Below, one piece after another: positions 19,765 to 29,777 of a stretch of DNA of 64,000 nucleotides; within the stretch, counting starts at the first letter, position 1; each line of letters begins with the position of its first letter. The stretch is taken from positions 160,001 through 224,000 of the forward strand of contig CAWBOC010000010.1 in NCBI GenBank assembly GCA_963790305.1, written 5' to 3'. Below the pieces are notes generated by a model. That model was given only the letters and a program-made list of their open reading frames with translations. It did no database searches and was not told the origin of the DNA. The translations under genes were made by a program, and so were the position numbers. This DNA is from an uncultured Gemmatimonadaceae bacterium. Its GTDB lineage: Bacteria > Gemmatimonadota > Gemmatimonadetes > Gemmatimonadales > Gemmatimonadaceae.

Positions 19765-20583
19765 TTATCGAAGCAGCCCTCGCGTCGCGCGATCCACCAA
19801 TGCCTCGATAGCGGTACCGATCGGGCGGGGTTGCGCCGGTTGTTGTGATTCCAGACGATCGAGCACCTGCTCCAGCGCGAGCTGCGCTCGCGCGGCCACG
19901 CCACGATGGCTTCGCGCGACACCGTAGCCAGCTACGGCGCCGAGGATCGCTGGTGCGATCGCCGCGAGAGGGAAGAAGCCGAGGGCGAGGAGCGTTCCCC
20001 CCGCCGCGACTCCAACCGCGGTCGATGCTCCAGCCCCAGCGAGCCGGCCCGTTCGCACGTTCGACAGATCCGCTTCGAGCCTCACGAGTGAGCGCTGGTT
20101 GTCCACCGGCACGGCGGTCGCGGCGACCTCGTGCGCCCGCGCGAGCACGTAGCGCTTGCCTCCCATGTCCATGCCGCGGCGAAGCTGAGTCCAGAATCCC
20201 TTGTGCTCCTCCCAGATGATTCGCTCGGGGAAGCGGCGCTTGATGGCCAGGCACTCCTCGCGCTGCATCCAGGTATCGAGCGACGCCAGCACCTCGGCGG
20301 GAGCTCCGGTGACCACCCGCGTCGCGATGACGCGGGCGACTCCCGCGAAGCGCGCGACTGCTCCGGTCTCCTCCGGCACCGCGACGCGCGTTCGTTCCTC
20401 GGCCAGCGCCTGACGCATGTGGTGCGGAGCCAGACCGACTTCCTTCGCGATGTCGAGCAGGCGATCCTCGGAGATGTACTCGCCCGGGTCGAGCTCACCC
20501 GCCTGCAGCTCCGCAGCGCGCGCGAGCACACGCTCGAGCGCCGATCGATCGAGCCGCGCGGGAAGATCGCGGCCGTCGGCCAT
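19765..20583 (-). CDS. Hypothetical membrane-associated protein
   Basis: 272-aa ORF with high-GC codon usage in a co-oriented gene run; C-terminal hydrophobic hairpin. Confidence 0.7.
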   Translation of the reverse strand: MADGRDLPARLDRSALERVLARAAELQAGELDPGEYISEDRLLDIAKEVGLAPHHMRQALAEERTRVAVPEETGAVARFAGVARVIATRVVTGAPAEVLASLDTWMQREECLAIKRRFPERIIWEEHKGFWTQLRRGMDMGGKRYVLARAHEVAATAVPVDNQRSLVRLEADLSNVRTGRLAGAGASTAVGVAAGGTLLALGFFPLAAIAPAILGAVAGYGVARSHRGVAARAQLALEQVLDRLESQQPAQPRPIGTAIEALVDRATRGLLR

Positions 20584-20586
20584 CGA

Positions 20587-21687
20587 TCAGATGCCTCCGA
20601 GGATCACCGCGAGCTGACGGTTGATCGCTTCGCGGATGCCTTCAGGAAGAGGAAACGCGCTCGTGAGAGCAGCGTTGAGGTCTCCCGTGGTGGCCGCGGC
20701 CGCTTCGCGGAGGTAGTAGCGCGCGTAGCCCGGTGCGAGATCGGGCGCGATGCGCTCGAGCAGCAGGTAGCCGGCTCGGACCGCGGCGGCACTGATGAAC
20801 GCATTGGTCACGCCGCTCCGGCGGTCGTTCGGCGTCGTGTTGTCGGTGACCGCCGTCGTCGCCATGCCGTACACCGCCTCGTGGGCGAAGACGTAGAGGG
20901 CGTCGCCAGCCGCATCGCGCGATTCCGGCATCGTGCCCACGATGAGGTTGCTGCGCTTCTCGAACGTGAACGAGCGCCCCTCGCCATTGACCGGCAGCGA
21001 GAGGATCCACTCGCCCCCCTGCTGCTGCGTGTTGTTCAGGAAGGGTTGGAATCGCGCGTTGTAGGTCTCCGTCCACAGCGACTGGATGCGCTCGCGAACG
21101 GGGGCAAGATCCGTTTGCCGCTGGGTCCACCATGACCGGTAGAAGCGCTCGTTCTCGTCGTTGAGGGAGAGCGCGAACAGCCGCAGCCAGTCCCGATCGG
21201 CGGCGGTGGAGAACGTCTGCGCGAACGTCGCGATGATCTCCTGCGCGAGCCGATCGCCGGCGCGCCCTGGATCACCCTCGGCGCGGAGAAAGAGATCGAT
21301 CGCCTGACGCAAGTCCTCCCAGCTCCCGAAGCGCATCGCCAGGAACTGCGCGTTGAGAAGAGCGCGGTTGGTTTCGTATCGCGCACGCAGGCGATCGCGG
21401 TTCACGTCGAGCGACGTCTGCACATTGCTACGTGACTTGCTCTCGGCAATGCGCGAAGCGTAGCCGCGCTTGAACATCGGGACGCGCCCGGTGTCGGGGG
21501 AGATGAGCGCGAATCCGTGTAGCCAAAGATCAATGTGCGCGCGCGTACTCACCGGCCACGTCACGCCGGTCTGCCCGGCCACCGCGGGTGTCGGCGCCGG
21601 CAGGGGCTCACCGGGACCTGACGAAGCGCAGGCAGCGAGTGTGAGCGCCGTGAACGCCTGAAAGATGCGCGAGTATCGCGTCGTCAT
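20587..21687 (-). CDS. Hypothetical lipoprotein
   Basis: Lipobox 'TLAAC'; co-oriented between the thiolase and the next gene. Confidence 0.7.
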   Translation of the reverse strand: MTTRYSRIFQAFTALTLAACASSGPGEPLPAPTPAVAGQTGVTWPVSTRAHIDLWLHGFALISPDTGRVPMFKRGYASRIAESKSRSNVQTSLDVNRDRLRARYETNRALLNAQFLAMRFGSWEDLRQAIDLFLRAEGDPGRAGDRLAQEIIATFAQTFSTAADRDWLRLFALSLNDENERFYRSWWTQRQTDLAPVRERIQSLWTETYNARFQPFLNNTQQQGGEWILSLPVNGEGRSFTFEKRSNLIVGTMPESRDAAGDALYVFAHEAVYGMATTAVTDNTTPNDRRSGVTNAFISAAAVRAGYLLLERIAPDLAPGYARYYLREAAAATTGDLNAALTSAFPLPEGIREAINRQLAVILGGI

Positions 21688-21722
21688 GGTATGCATGGCG
21701 ATTGGCCCCTGGCCCACCTGCT

Positions 21723-22925
21723 TTAGTCGAGCGATTCGACGATGACCGCGATTCCCTGTCCACCGCCGATGCAGGCGGTTCCCAGTCCGAATCGCTTGCC
21801 TTGAGCACGGAGTGCATGCAGAAGGTGCGCCGTGATACGCGCGCCGGAAGCGGCCAGGGGATGGCTGATCGCGATCGCACCGCCGTGAACGTTCAGCTTC
21901 TCCCGCGGGAGCTTGAGCTCGGCCTCGACCGCGCATGCCTGCGGTGCGAACGCCTCGTTCACCTCAATGAGGTCCATGTCGTCGAGCGACAGCTTCGCCG
22001 CGCGCAGCGCGTTCTTCGTGGCCGGTACCGGTCCAATTCCCATGATCTTTGGGTCGACGCCAGCAACCCCCCAGGCGACGAGACGGCCCAGCGGCTTCTT
22101 GCCCGTACGCTTGGCATACTCCTGACTCGAGATCACGAGCGCGCCAGCGCCATCGCCAATTCCCGACGCATTGCCAGCGGTGACGAGCCCGTCGGCGCGG
22201 AAATACGGCTTGAGCTTGCTCAGCGCTTCCATGGTGGTATCGGGACGCATGTGCTCGTCCCGTGCGAACTGCGTGACCTGACCCTTCCTGTCCTTCACCG
22301 CGACCGAGACGACCTCGTCGGCGAACACGCCCCCATCCCAGGCCTGCTTCGCCAGCACCTGAGAGCGAAGCGCGAACTCGTCGACGCACGTGCGCTCGAG
22401 CTTGTACTGCACGGCGAGATTCTCGGCGGTCTCGGCCATCGAGAGGCCGGCGACCGGATCCTTGAGCGACTCCCAGAGCGAATCCTCGAGCGCCGGCGCC
22501 TTGCCGAGAGGCGTGCCCCATCGAAGGCCGCGCGCAATGTGAGGTGCCTGCGACATCGATTCCCCACCGCCGACGAGACAGACCTCGGCTTCGCCGAGCA
22601 TGATTTCCTGCGCGCCGTTGACGATCGCCTGGAATCCGGATCCGCAGAGTCGGTTCACGGTGAGAGCCGGTGTCTCGATCGGACACCCCGCTTTGAGACC
22701 GACGTGGCGCGCGAAGTAGATCGTGTCGACCGTCGTCTGGAGGACGTTCCCGAAGATGGAGTGCTGAATCTCGCTCGGAGCCACCCCGGCCCGATCGAGC
22801 GCCGCCTTCGCCGCCTCGACGGTGAGATCGACCGCGGTGAAATCCTTGAGCGAGCCGCCGAACGTGCCAAATGGCGTACGGACCGCGGACAAGAAGACAA
22901 TGTCGCGGTTGGAGGACTGAGTCAT
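21723..22925 (-). CDS. Acetyl-CoA C-acyltransferase (thiolase)
   Basis: 'TVNRLCGSG', 'TAGNASGIGDGA', 'IEVNEAFA', 'GGAIAISHPLAASG', 'TACIGGGQG'. Confidence 0.95.
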   Translation of the reverse strand: MTQSSNRDIVFLSAVRTPFGTFGGSLKDFTAVDLTVEAAKAALDRAGVAPSEIQHSIFGNVLQTTVDTIYFARHVGLKAGCPIETPALTVNRLCGSGFQAIVNGAQEIMLGEAEVCLVGGGESMSQAPHIARGLRWGTPLGKAPALEDSLWESLKDPVAGLSMAETAENLAVQYKLERTCVDEFALRSQVLAKQAWDGGVFADEVVSVAVKDRKGQVTQFARDEHMRPDTTMEALSKLKPYFRADGLVTAGNASGIGDGAGALVISSQEYAKRTGKKPLGRLVAWGVAGVDPKIMGIGPVPATKNALRAAKLSLDDMDLIEVNEAFAPQACAVEAELKLPREKLNVHGGAIAISHPLAASGARITAHLLHALRAQGKRFGLGTACIGGGQGIAVIVESLD

Positions 22926-22986
22926 AGGTGTGCCTGGAGAGTCATGCGTGGAAGATGGTTCCGGCGCATGGGGAGATTCAAGCGAC

Positions 22987-23072
22987 AAGGGCGCTAAAGG
23001 CGCTAAGGGCGCTAGGGGCGCTAAGGGGGAAGCAGGTCAGCGCCCTTAGCGCCTCTAGCGCCCTTAGCGCCT
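22987..23072. repeat. Inverted array of 9-nt repeats (AAGGGCGCT-type)
   Basis: aagggcgct aaaggcgct aagggcgct aggggcgct ... agcgccctt agcgcctct agcgccctt agcgcct; last unit overlaps the dehydrogenase stop. Confidence 0.9.
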
Positions 23073-24126
23073 ACGCAGTTCGGATCCACTCCGCGATCCA
23101 GTCCCCAACCTCGCGCGTGCCGTAGTCGCCGCCCAGGTCGCGAGTCACCCTGTCCTCGACGATGGCGGCGCGGATCGCTCGCTCGACCATCAGTGCTGCC
23201 TCGGGCGAGCCGACCGTGCGAAGCATCATGCCCAGCGAGAGAATTGCCGCCATCGGATTCGCGATGTCCTTTTTCGCGAGCGTCGGCGCGCTCCCGTGTA
23301 CTGGCTCGAACATCGACACGAAGCCGGGATGACGATTCGCGCTCGGGGCGAGACCCAGCCCGCCGACAATCGCGGACGCGAGGTCGGAGAGGATGTCGCC
23401 GAAGAGATTGCCGGTGACGATGACCTGAAACTGCTCCGGATTCCGAACGAGCTCCATCGCCATCGCGTCGATGTAGCGCGTCTCGCGATGGATGTCGGGG
23501 AATTCCTCCTTGCCGATCTCGTCGAACAAGCGACGCCACAGCATATGCGCGGGGATGGCGTTCGCCTTGTCGGCCATCACCACGTGCTCGCGACCGTTCT
23601 CGCGGGCCCAGTGAAACGCGTAGCGGATGATCCGCTCCACTCCGCGCCTGGTGTTGATCTCTTCCGCGATCGTGATCTCATCCGGCAGGCCGCGCTTGAA
23701 CGCGCCGCCGATTCCCGCATACAACCCCTCGGTATTCTCGCGGAAGATCACGAGGTCAATGTCGCTCGTCGTTTTCTCCTTGAGCGGCGTGAGGCGCTCG
23801 TCGAACAGTCGGGCCGGACGCTCGTTCACGTAGAGATCGAGCTGAAAGCGCATGCCGAGGAGAATGTCGCGTGCGTGCTCGTTTCCCGGCACGCGAGGGT
23901 CGCCCAGTGCTCCGACGAGGATCGCGTCGAACTCTTCGCCGAGGCGCCGCATCTCCGTTGGAGAGATCGTTTCGCCGGTCGCGAGGTAGTGGTCGGCGCC
24001 GTAGGGCAGCATTTCGAGCTCGATTCCCGGCCGATAGATCGGCTCGATGATGTCGAGCACCTTCAGCGCCTCGTTGATGACTTCCGGGCCTATCCCATCT
24101 CCCGCGATGACGGCCAGCTTCGGCAT
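23071..24126 (-). CDS. Isocitrate/isopropylmalate dehydrogenase family protein (3-isopropylmalate dehydrogenase-like)
   Basis: 'IAGDGIGPEV', 'FRENTEGLY', 'NLFGDILSDL', 'MFEPVHGSAP', 'ANPMAAILS'. Confidence 0.9.
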   Translation of the reverse strand: MPKLAVIAGDGIGPEVINEALKVLDIIEPIYRPGIELEMLPYGADHYLATGETISPTEMRRLGEEFDAILVGALGDPRVPGNEHARDILLGMRFQLDLYVNERPARLFDERLTPLKEKTTSDIDLVIFRENTEGLYAGIGGAFKRGLPDEITIAEEINTRRGVERIIRYAFHWARENGREHVVMADKANAIPAHMLWRRLFDEIGKEEFPDIHRETRYIDAMAMELVRNPEQFQVIVTGNLFGDILSDLASAIVGGLGLAPSANRHPGFVSMFEPVHGSAPTLAKKDIANPMAAILSLGMMLRTVGSPEAALMVERAIRAAIVEDRVTRDLGGDYGTREVGDWIAEWIRTA

Positions 24127-24154
24127 GGTCGGTGGGCTCGAGAAGGATCGCGCG

Positions 24155-24724
24155 TCAGCGCGGCGGATTCGCTGCTGGGGGAAGGGTGAAAGGCGAGAGC
24201 GTATCCGCCCGGACGGTCGTCGTGTCGAATACGACCGAGCGAGGGTGTGACAGGCTGAAGACGTAGGCGGCCACGTCATACATCTGCGACTCGGAGAGAC
24301 GCCCGTCGAACAATGGCATTCCGATCGGCGATGCTTTCGGGACGGCCACGCCTTCGCGGATCACCCGAAGAATCGATCGAAACGATCCATCACCGTGGAG
24401 CCAGGCGCCGTCGCGCAGATCGGGTCCGAGGCTCGCCATCCCTGCGCCGTATTGTCCGTGGCAGGTGAAGCAGGTGCCGCGCCGGTTGAAGATGGTATCG
24501 CCTGCCGCGCTGTCGGAAGCGAGGACGAGCCTGACATCGCTCACCTCGGCGGACGCAGACGCGGTATCGGTGGTATCGCTCGGCACGGCGATCGAGTCGC
24601 GTAGGCCGGCAGAGTCGGAGCTCGATGGCGGCGCGAGCGCCGTGTCCGCCGGCGTCTCACGCGGAGCGTCCCCGCACGCTGTCAACGCAGCGAAGAGGGA
24701 TGTGACGGCGACGGAAAGCCTCAC
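24155..24724 (-). CDS. c-type cytochrome lipoprotein
   Basis: Lipobox 'ALTAC'; heme motif 'CFTCH'; 'GPDL.D..WLHG'; axial Met in 'GMP'; GTGA overlap with the upstream gene. Confidence 0.85.
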   Translation of the reverse strand: MRLSVAVTSLFAALTACGDAPRETPADTALAPPSSSDSAGLRDSIAVPSDTTDTASASAEVSDVRLVLASDSAAGDTIFNRRGTCFTCHGQYGAGMASLGPDLRDGAWLHGDGSFRSILRVIREGVAVPKASPIGMPLFDGRLSESQMYDVAAYVFSLSHPRSVVFDTTTVRADTLSPFTLPPAANPPR

Positions 24725-25497
24725 GCGGACGCGACTGCGCGTCCGCACGTCGTACAGAACTTCCACCCGAGCTCGAGCTCCGTGCTGCACGCCGGACACC
24801 GCTGCACGGCAAGGTTTTGTCCGCAATGCGGACAGAACGTCACCCGCCGTCCTTGCGGGAGCGTACCGCCGCAATACCGGCATCCTCCTGCCGCGACGAC
24901 GCCCGACACTGCCGCACCGCGCCCGACGCCCGTTGGGCGATCGCTCGTCGCTGGCGTCGCATAGTACTCCGCGGGTGGCGGCGTCGGCGCGCGTGGTGGC
25001 GGCGGTGGGGATGCCATGGCGCCCATGCCCATGCTGGGCTGTGGCGCCGCGCTTGGTGCCGGACGTGGTGGCGGGGGCGCGGCCGGTCGTGGCGGCGGGG
25101 GTGGCGGGGCGGCGCTCACCGTTCGCACATTGTCGGGCTTCGCCTCGCCCGATGCCATCTGCTCGTAGCGGCGCGCCGCCTCCGGCGATAACGACACACG
25201 TGCCGCGGCGAACTCGCGAAAGAGCGCGGTGTTGGGGTTCGGGCTGGCGAGCTCGCGCTTCACCGCATCCTGCATGCTCGCGTCACCCATGAGGTAGCCG
25301 CGCTCACCGGCGAGCAGTCGCAGTAGCGCGAGCTCGTAGTCCTGGTTGGTCTCGATCTCCAGCTCGCGCCGATTGTGACGATAGGGCACGATGTTCTGGT
25401 AGAGCTCCGACACTTCGAACGGTCGATTCATGTACTCCGGATACTCGGCGCGAATTCGCTGCACGAGCCGCTGGAGTATGCGGTCGAGATCATCCAT
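24721..25497 (-). CDS. Double zinc-ribbon domain protein with Pro-rich linker
   Basis: C-terminal CRYC/CPHC/CPAC/CTTC pairs. Confidence 0.8.
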   Translation of the reverse strand: MDDLDRILQRLVQRIRAEYPEYMNRPFEVSELYQNIVPYRHNRRELEIETNQDYELALLRLLAGERGYLMGDASMQDAVKRELASPNPNTALFREFAAARVSLSPEAARRYEQMASGEAKPDNVRTVSAAPPPPPPRPAAPPPPRPAPSAAPQPSMGMGAMASPPPPPRAPTPPPAEYYATPATSDRPTGVGRGAAVSGVVAAGGCRYCGGTLPQGRRVTFCPHCGQNLAVQRCPACSTELELGWKFCTTCGRAVASA

Positions 25498-25526
25498 TGA
25501 GTGCTGGGATCGGGGACGGACCAATC

Positions 25527-25631
25527 GCGAGCTGCGAGCTTGCGAGCTGCGATATTATAACCCCCGGGAATCTCCGTTGCACCAATCGGAGCGTCCCGGG
25601 GGCTTTGGTTCGCAGCTCACAGTTCGAAGCT
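25527..25631. repeat. Inverted heptamer array (GCGAGCT-type) with an internal hairpin
   Basis: gcgagct gcgagct t gcgagct gcga ... cccccggga..tcccggggg ... tcgcagc tcacagt tcgaagc; ends next to the stop at 25633. Confidence 0.75.
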
Positions 25632-25632
25632 T

Positions 25633-25821
25633 TTAGTTCCGTCCTCGCTCCGCGGCTTCTACCTTCGCGTCCACGTCGTTGCTCAGCTTCCCGCGATTCG
25701 AGCCGCCAACGGTGGCGACGACGCGGCGCACTACGTTGTCCCGATGCGACTTCGCATCCTGGAACCCGTAGAAATAGCCTACGACTATGCCGACAATGAA
25801 CAGCAGAACTAGCTTTTTCAT
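25633..25821 (-). CDS. Small single-TM membrane protein
   Basis: 62 aa; GAGGA RBS; N-terminal hydrophobic helix 'LVLLFIVGIVVGYFYG'. Confidence 0.7.
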   Translation of the reverse strand: MKKLVLLFIVGIVVGYFYGFQDAKSHRDNVVRRVVATVGGSNRGKLSNDVDAKVEAAERGRN

Positions 25822-25867
25822 GACAGTCCTCGGGCGTCAGTCCCTCTCATGTCAGACTGGCCGAGGC

Positions 25868-26473
25868 TCAGCGGGGTAACGCGCGATGTGATGTAAAGCG
25901 CGTAGGCAGGGGATCGGGCTCGAGTGCGATGCGCCCCGCAGTCCGCTGTGCGGCGAGCCAGTGGTCGAACCCGGATGGGATGGCGCCGTGGGAGATGGAA
26001 AGCTCCCGCGCCGCCTTCGTCGCGAGCTCGTTCGCGTACTCGTTCTGCGGATGGCCGGCGTGCCCTCGCACCCATCGCCAATGCACGGCGTGCCCGTTCA
26101 CGACGTCGATGGCTTCCTGCCACAGCTCCTTGTTTTCAACCGGACCTGTCTTGCGGCGCCAGCCCCGCGCTGCCCACTGGTGGACCCAGTCGGTCATTCC
26201 ATCAATCAGATAGCGCGAGTCGCTGGTGAAAACGACACGAAAGGTGTTCCCCTTCTTCGAGAGCGCGCGGAACGCCTCGATCACGCTGCGCAACGCCATT
26301 CGATTGTTTGTCGTCGCGTTCTCCGAGATCCAGTAGTCGCGCCGGACGAGCCCATCCCCTCGCGCGATCTCGATCAATCCGCCCGCTCCACCCGGGTTCT
26401 CTCCCTCTCGACCATTCCCCAGGCACGACTCGTCCGCGTACACGGCGACGAGAGGGGCATCGACTTCGCGCAC
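25868..26473 (-). CDS. rnhA: Ribonuclease HI with an atypical active site
   Basis: 'YADESCLGN', 'TTNNRM', 'TSDSRYLIDG', 'W..RGW', 'VENKELW', 'WVRGHAGHPQNE'. Confidence 0.88.
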   Translation of the reverse strand: MREVDAPLVAVYADESCLGNGREGENPGGAGGLIEIARGDGLVRRDYWISENATTNNRMALRSVIEAFRALSKKGNTFRVVFTSDSRYLIDGMTDWVHQWAARGWRRKTGPVENKELWQEAIDVVNGHAVHWRWVRGHAGHPQNEYANELATKAARELSISHGAIPSGFDHWLAAQRTAGRIALEPDPLPTRFTSHRALPR

Positions 26474-26477
26474 ACGC

Positions 26478-26699
26478 TTAGCGGGCACGGATGACGTGTA
26501 TCGCTTCGAGCTCGTCGAGCGCCAGCTCGATCGGCTCGCCAGTGGTCGGGTGACGCGCGCGAATGATCTCGCGGCCGCCGCGGAGAATGAGCTCCTGGGG
26601 CACCACGACGTACTCCGTCCCGCGTCGATACGCTGCGACGCGCTCACCCACTCGCACCGCGCGCTCGAGCGCCTCGTATTGGTCGTGAGTCAGTTGCAC
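26478..26699 (-). CDS. Hypothetical protein
   Basis: 73-aa ORF tightly packed between the M20 gene and rnhA. Confidence 0.6.
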   Translation of the reverse strand: MQLTHDQYEALERAVRVGERVAAYRRGTEYVVVPQELILRGGREIIRARHPTTGEPIELALDELEAIHVIRAR

Positions 26700-26700
26700 C

Positions 26701-27852
26701 TCAGCGCCCCTCGTTGCACCAATGGAGTATCAGTGCTTCCAGAACATCGGTCGCACGCTCGATTTCGGCGGTGTCGATCCATTCCTCCGCCGCGTGGGCG
26801 AGCGCGATGTCACCCGGCCCGAAGCATATCGCGGGAATCCCCGCTTCGTTGAGCAGGGCAGCATCGGTCCACGCCGTCATTCCGCCAACGGTCACGCGTT
26901 CGCTGCGCTGGATCAATGCCGTCGAAAGCGCGCTGACAATCGGTGCGTTCGACGCAACCTCCGAGGGCGACTGGGAGAGCACGACCCGCGCCTCCGCCGC
27001 CAGCGTTGCACGGCGCCCGCGAGCGCGCGCAATCGCAGCGAGGACTTCCGCCAAAGGCTCCTCTGCCTGCTCGCTCGGAAGCGTTCGACGCTCGACGCGA
27101 ATCACGCACTGGTCCGGATACGTCGACCAGCCTGTTCCGCCTTCGATCGTGGAGATGTGGAGGGAGGGGCGGCCGAGGAGAGCGTGACGACGCGTGGGTA
27201 GTGCGTCACGTTCGAGTGCCGCGAGCTCCTCGAGCACGAGCCCGGCATCGAGTATGGCATCCACACCGACCTCGTACCGACTGCCATGGGCCGCTCGGCC
27301 ATGCACCTCGATCTCGATCCAGGCAAACCCTTTGTGCGCGGGCATGATCGCGAGCCTGGTCGGCTCACCGACGATGGCGGCATCGGCGCGCACGCCGCGA
27401 CGGAGAAGCTCGCGCGTCCCCATGCTGGTGTGCTCTTCATCGGCGACCGCGGCGACGATGACCTCTCCACTTATTCCTCGTGCTGCTGCGCGCGCGGCAG
27501 CCGCACACATTGCGGCGAGACCGCCCTTCATGTCGGCCGCGCCCCGTCCGTACAACCTTCCACCTCGCTCCTCGCCGCTGAACGGCGCGTGGGTCATTCC
27601 CTCGATGCCGACGACATCGAGGTGCCCATTCAACATGAGCGAACGACCGACGCCACGCCCCGCGCGTGCGACGACGTTTGGCCGGCCAGGCGCCGCATCA
27701 TGAATCTCGGGTGAAAACCCCCACGCTTCGAGCGTCTGCGCCAGCGCCGAAGCCGCCGCTCGCTCTCCGGCGCCATCGGGCGCGAGCGCGGGGTTGCGTG
27801 AATCGATGCGAACGAGTTGACGCGCCAGCGCCAGCGGATCGGCACGAGTCAC
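26701..27852 (-). CDS. ArgE/DapE-family M20 deacylase
   Basis: 'LNGHLDVV', 'GRGAADMKGG', 'ADEE', 'IVGEPT', 'GRAAHG', 'AHAAEE'. Confidence 0.92.
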   Translation of the reverse strand: MTRADPLALARQLVRIDSRNPALAPDGAGERAAASALAQTLEAWGFSPEIHDAAPGRPNVVARAGRGVGRSLMLNGHLDVVGIEGMTHAPFSGEERGGRLYGRGAADMKGGLAAMCAAAARAAARGISGEVIVAAVADEEHTSMGTRELLRRGVRADAAIVGEPTRLAIMPAHKGFAWIEIEVHGRAAHGSRYEVGVDAILDAGLVLEELAALERDALPTRRHALLGRPSLHISTIEGGTGWSTYPDQCVIRVERRTLPSEQAEEPLAEVLAAIARARGRRATLAAEARVVLSQSPSEVASNAPIVSALSTALIQRSERVTVGGMTAWTDAALLNEAGIPAICFGPGDIALAHAAEEWIDTAEIERATDVLEALILHWCNEGR

Positions 27853-28810
27853 GCCGGTGCCCCTTGCGCACGGCGCTCAACACGCACGCCCTCGCGATCG
27901 ACGCCGAAGGGGACCAGCGTCGCCACTCGTGCCATGGCGTCACGCACCGCGTCTTCTCGTCCCTCACGCGCGATGGCGAGGACGCATCCCCCCCGGAGGC
28001 GCCAAGCGCCTTCCCCCCGATCGCGCCTGCCCCGCACGCCGCGTCGAGCGTACGCTCAATCGAGGGCGTCGTTATGCGCGGGTGCAGTGCCCGTTGATGC
28101 GTCCAGTGCTCCCCGACGAGCTCACCGAGCTCGTCCAGCGACCCCGCCGCGATGGCGTCCGCCATTTCACGCGCGAGCCCGGCCATCCGCGCCAGCGCAC
28201 CCACCACGTGAGCGACGCGCTGGTGGTAGGCGTCGAGCACGGCGGTGATCGTCGCACCGGAGATTCGAGACTCCCCGGTGTACGCGACGATGCATCGTCG
28301 CTCGAGCTCCGCGGCGATGGTATCCCCCAATGGAAGCGCACGGACGTCGACGCGGTCGGCAAAGGTGAGTCCGAGTACGCCGCCGAATGCGGCCGCGTAG
28401 TGATCCTGCCAGCCGCCAGCAACGCCAAGCTCGTCTACTTCCACGCCCCGACTGCGTCGAGCGAGCGTCTCTCGGTCCAGGACCTCCTCCCGCCAGGCAG
28501 CGATCGCCGCCTGAAGCGCGACGCCAACCGCCGAGGAGCCGCCGAGGCCGGCGCCGGGCGGGAAACTCGTCGTCAGCGCAATGCCTACGCCCTCGAGACG
28601 CGCCCGCCGCATTGCGGCGCTCGTTAGGTCGTCGAGCGGCACGGTCGGCGCGGCACTCTCGCGCAACGTCACGATGGCGTGGCGAGTGATCGCCATATTG
28701 CACACGAATCCACCCATCTCCTCGCCATAGGGTGGCACGTCCGTCCAGCCTCCGCCGAAGTCGAGGCGAGCTGGTGCGCGTGCGACGACCGTGTCCAGCG
28801 CGATTCGCAT
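27849..28810 (-). CDS. GHMP-family sugar kinase (HddA-like), frameshift in a C7 run near 27990
   Basis: 'APARLDFGGGWTD', 'PPGAGLGGSS', 'GWQDHYAAAFGG'; adding one G restores 'GASGGGCVL'. Confidence 0.85.
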
Positions 28811-28944
28811 GAGAGGAGGGTAGGGAGAATCAGGAAGGTACCGCGCCACGGCGGCGGCGCCAATCACGTGCGTCTTGCGGGTATCGCCTTCGTGCGCTAC
28901 ATGCGGGCGATGAAATTGGCTGGCCCTCCGCTCGCCGCGAGCTC

Positions 28945-29742
28945 GTGACGACAGCGCTCCTTCCCCTTTCATTCGACACGCGCGCGCGACTGGCCGGAAG
29001 CCCGCTCGTCGTCATGCTCGATGTCGACGGCACGCTCGCTCCGATCGTCGAGATGTTCGACCGGGCGACGGTGCCTCTCGAAACACAGCGAGCGGTGGCG
29101 GCGCTGGCGGGACGTCCGGACGTGCACGTCGCGCTCGTGTCAGGACGGAGCGCCTCCGTCGCGCGCCGCATGGTCGGCGTGAGCAACCTGTGGGTCGCGG
29201 GCAATCACGGCTTTGAAATCGAAGGCCCGAATGGCGAGGATCTGGCCGATCCCGGCGTCTACCGATTCCGGACGGTGATTGCGACGGCGGTCGAACGTCT
29301 CGAGCCACTGGTGGGCGCGATGCATGGCGTGATCATCGAGAACAAGGCGATCACGCTCTCAGTGCATTGGCGGCTCGCCGACCCGGCGATCGCGCCAGCG
29401 CTCCGCGACGCCGTCGAACAGGTATCGCACCCCCTTGGGCTTCGCATCACGGAAGGGAAGCGCATCTTCGAGGTCCGTCCGCCGGCGCTCATCGACAAGG
29501 GAACGGCGGTGTTGGCGCTTGCGGAGCGCCTGACGAGCGGGCACGACGGTGCCGCGATCGTGTTCGCGGGCGACGACGTGACTGACGAGGATGCCATTCG
29601 TGCGCTTCGTGAGCATCACCCGCGGAGCGTCACCGTCCGCATCCTCGGGGAGGAGAGCTCGCCCACGGAGGCGGAGTTCTCGCTCCGTGACCCGCACGCG
29701 ATGCGGCAGTTTCTCGAGGAGCTCGTACGGCTACGGGGCTAA
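28945..29742 (+). CDS. otsB: Trehalose-6-phosphate phosphatase
   Basis: HAD motifs 'LDVDGTLAPI', 'VSGR', 'GNHGFE', 'DKGTAV', 'AGDDVTDEDA'. Confidence 0.9.
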   Translation: MTTALLPLSFDTRARLAGSPLVVMLDVDGTLAPIVEMFDRATVPLETQRAVAALAGRPDVHVALVSGRSASVARRMVGVSNLWVAGNHGFEIEGPNGEDLADPGVYRFRTVIATAVERLEPLVGAMHGVIIENKAITLSVHWRLADPAIAPALRDAVEQVSHPLGLRITEGKRIFEVRPPALIDKGTAVLALAERLTSGHDGAAIVFAGDDVTDEDAIRALREHHPRSVTVRILGEESSPTEAEFSLRDPHAMRQFLEELVRLRG

Positions 29743-29777
29743 CGCGACGAAGCGCGCTCGAGGAGCGCGCTTCGTCG

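Noticed and set aside
27985..27996. Programmed frameshift or phase variation at the C7 tract
   Set aside because: One of many unrelated single-base indels in the window; a homopolymer consensus error is more parsimonious.
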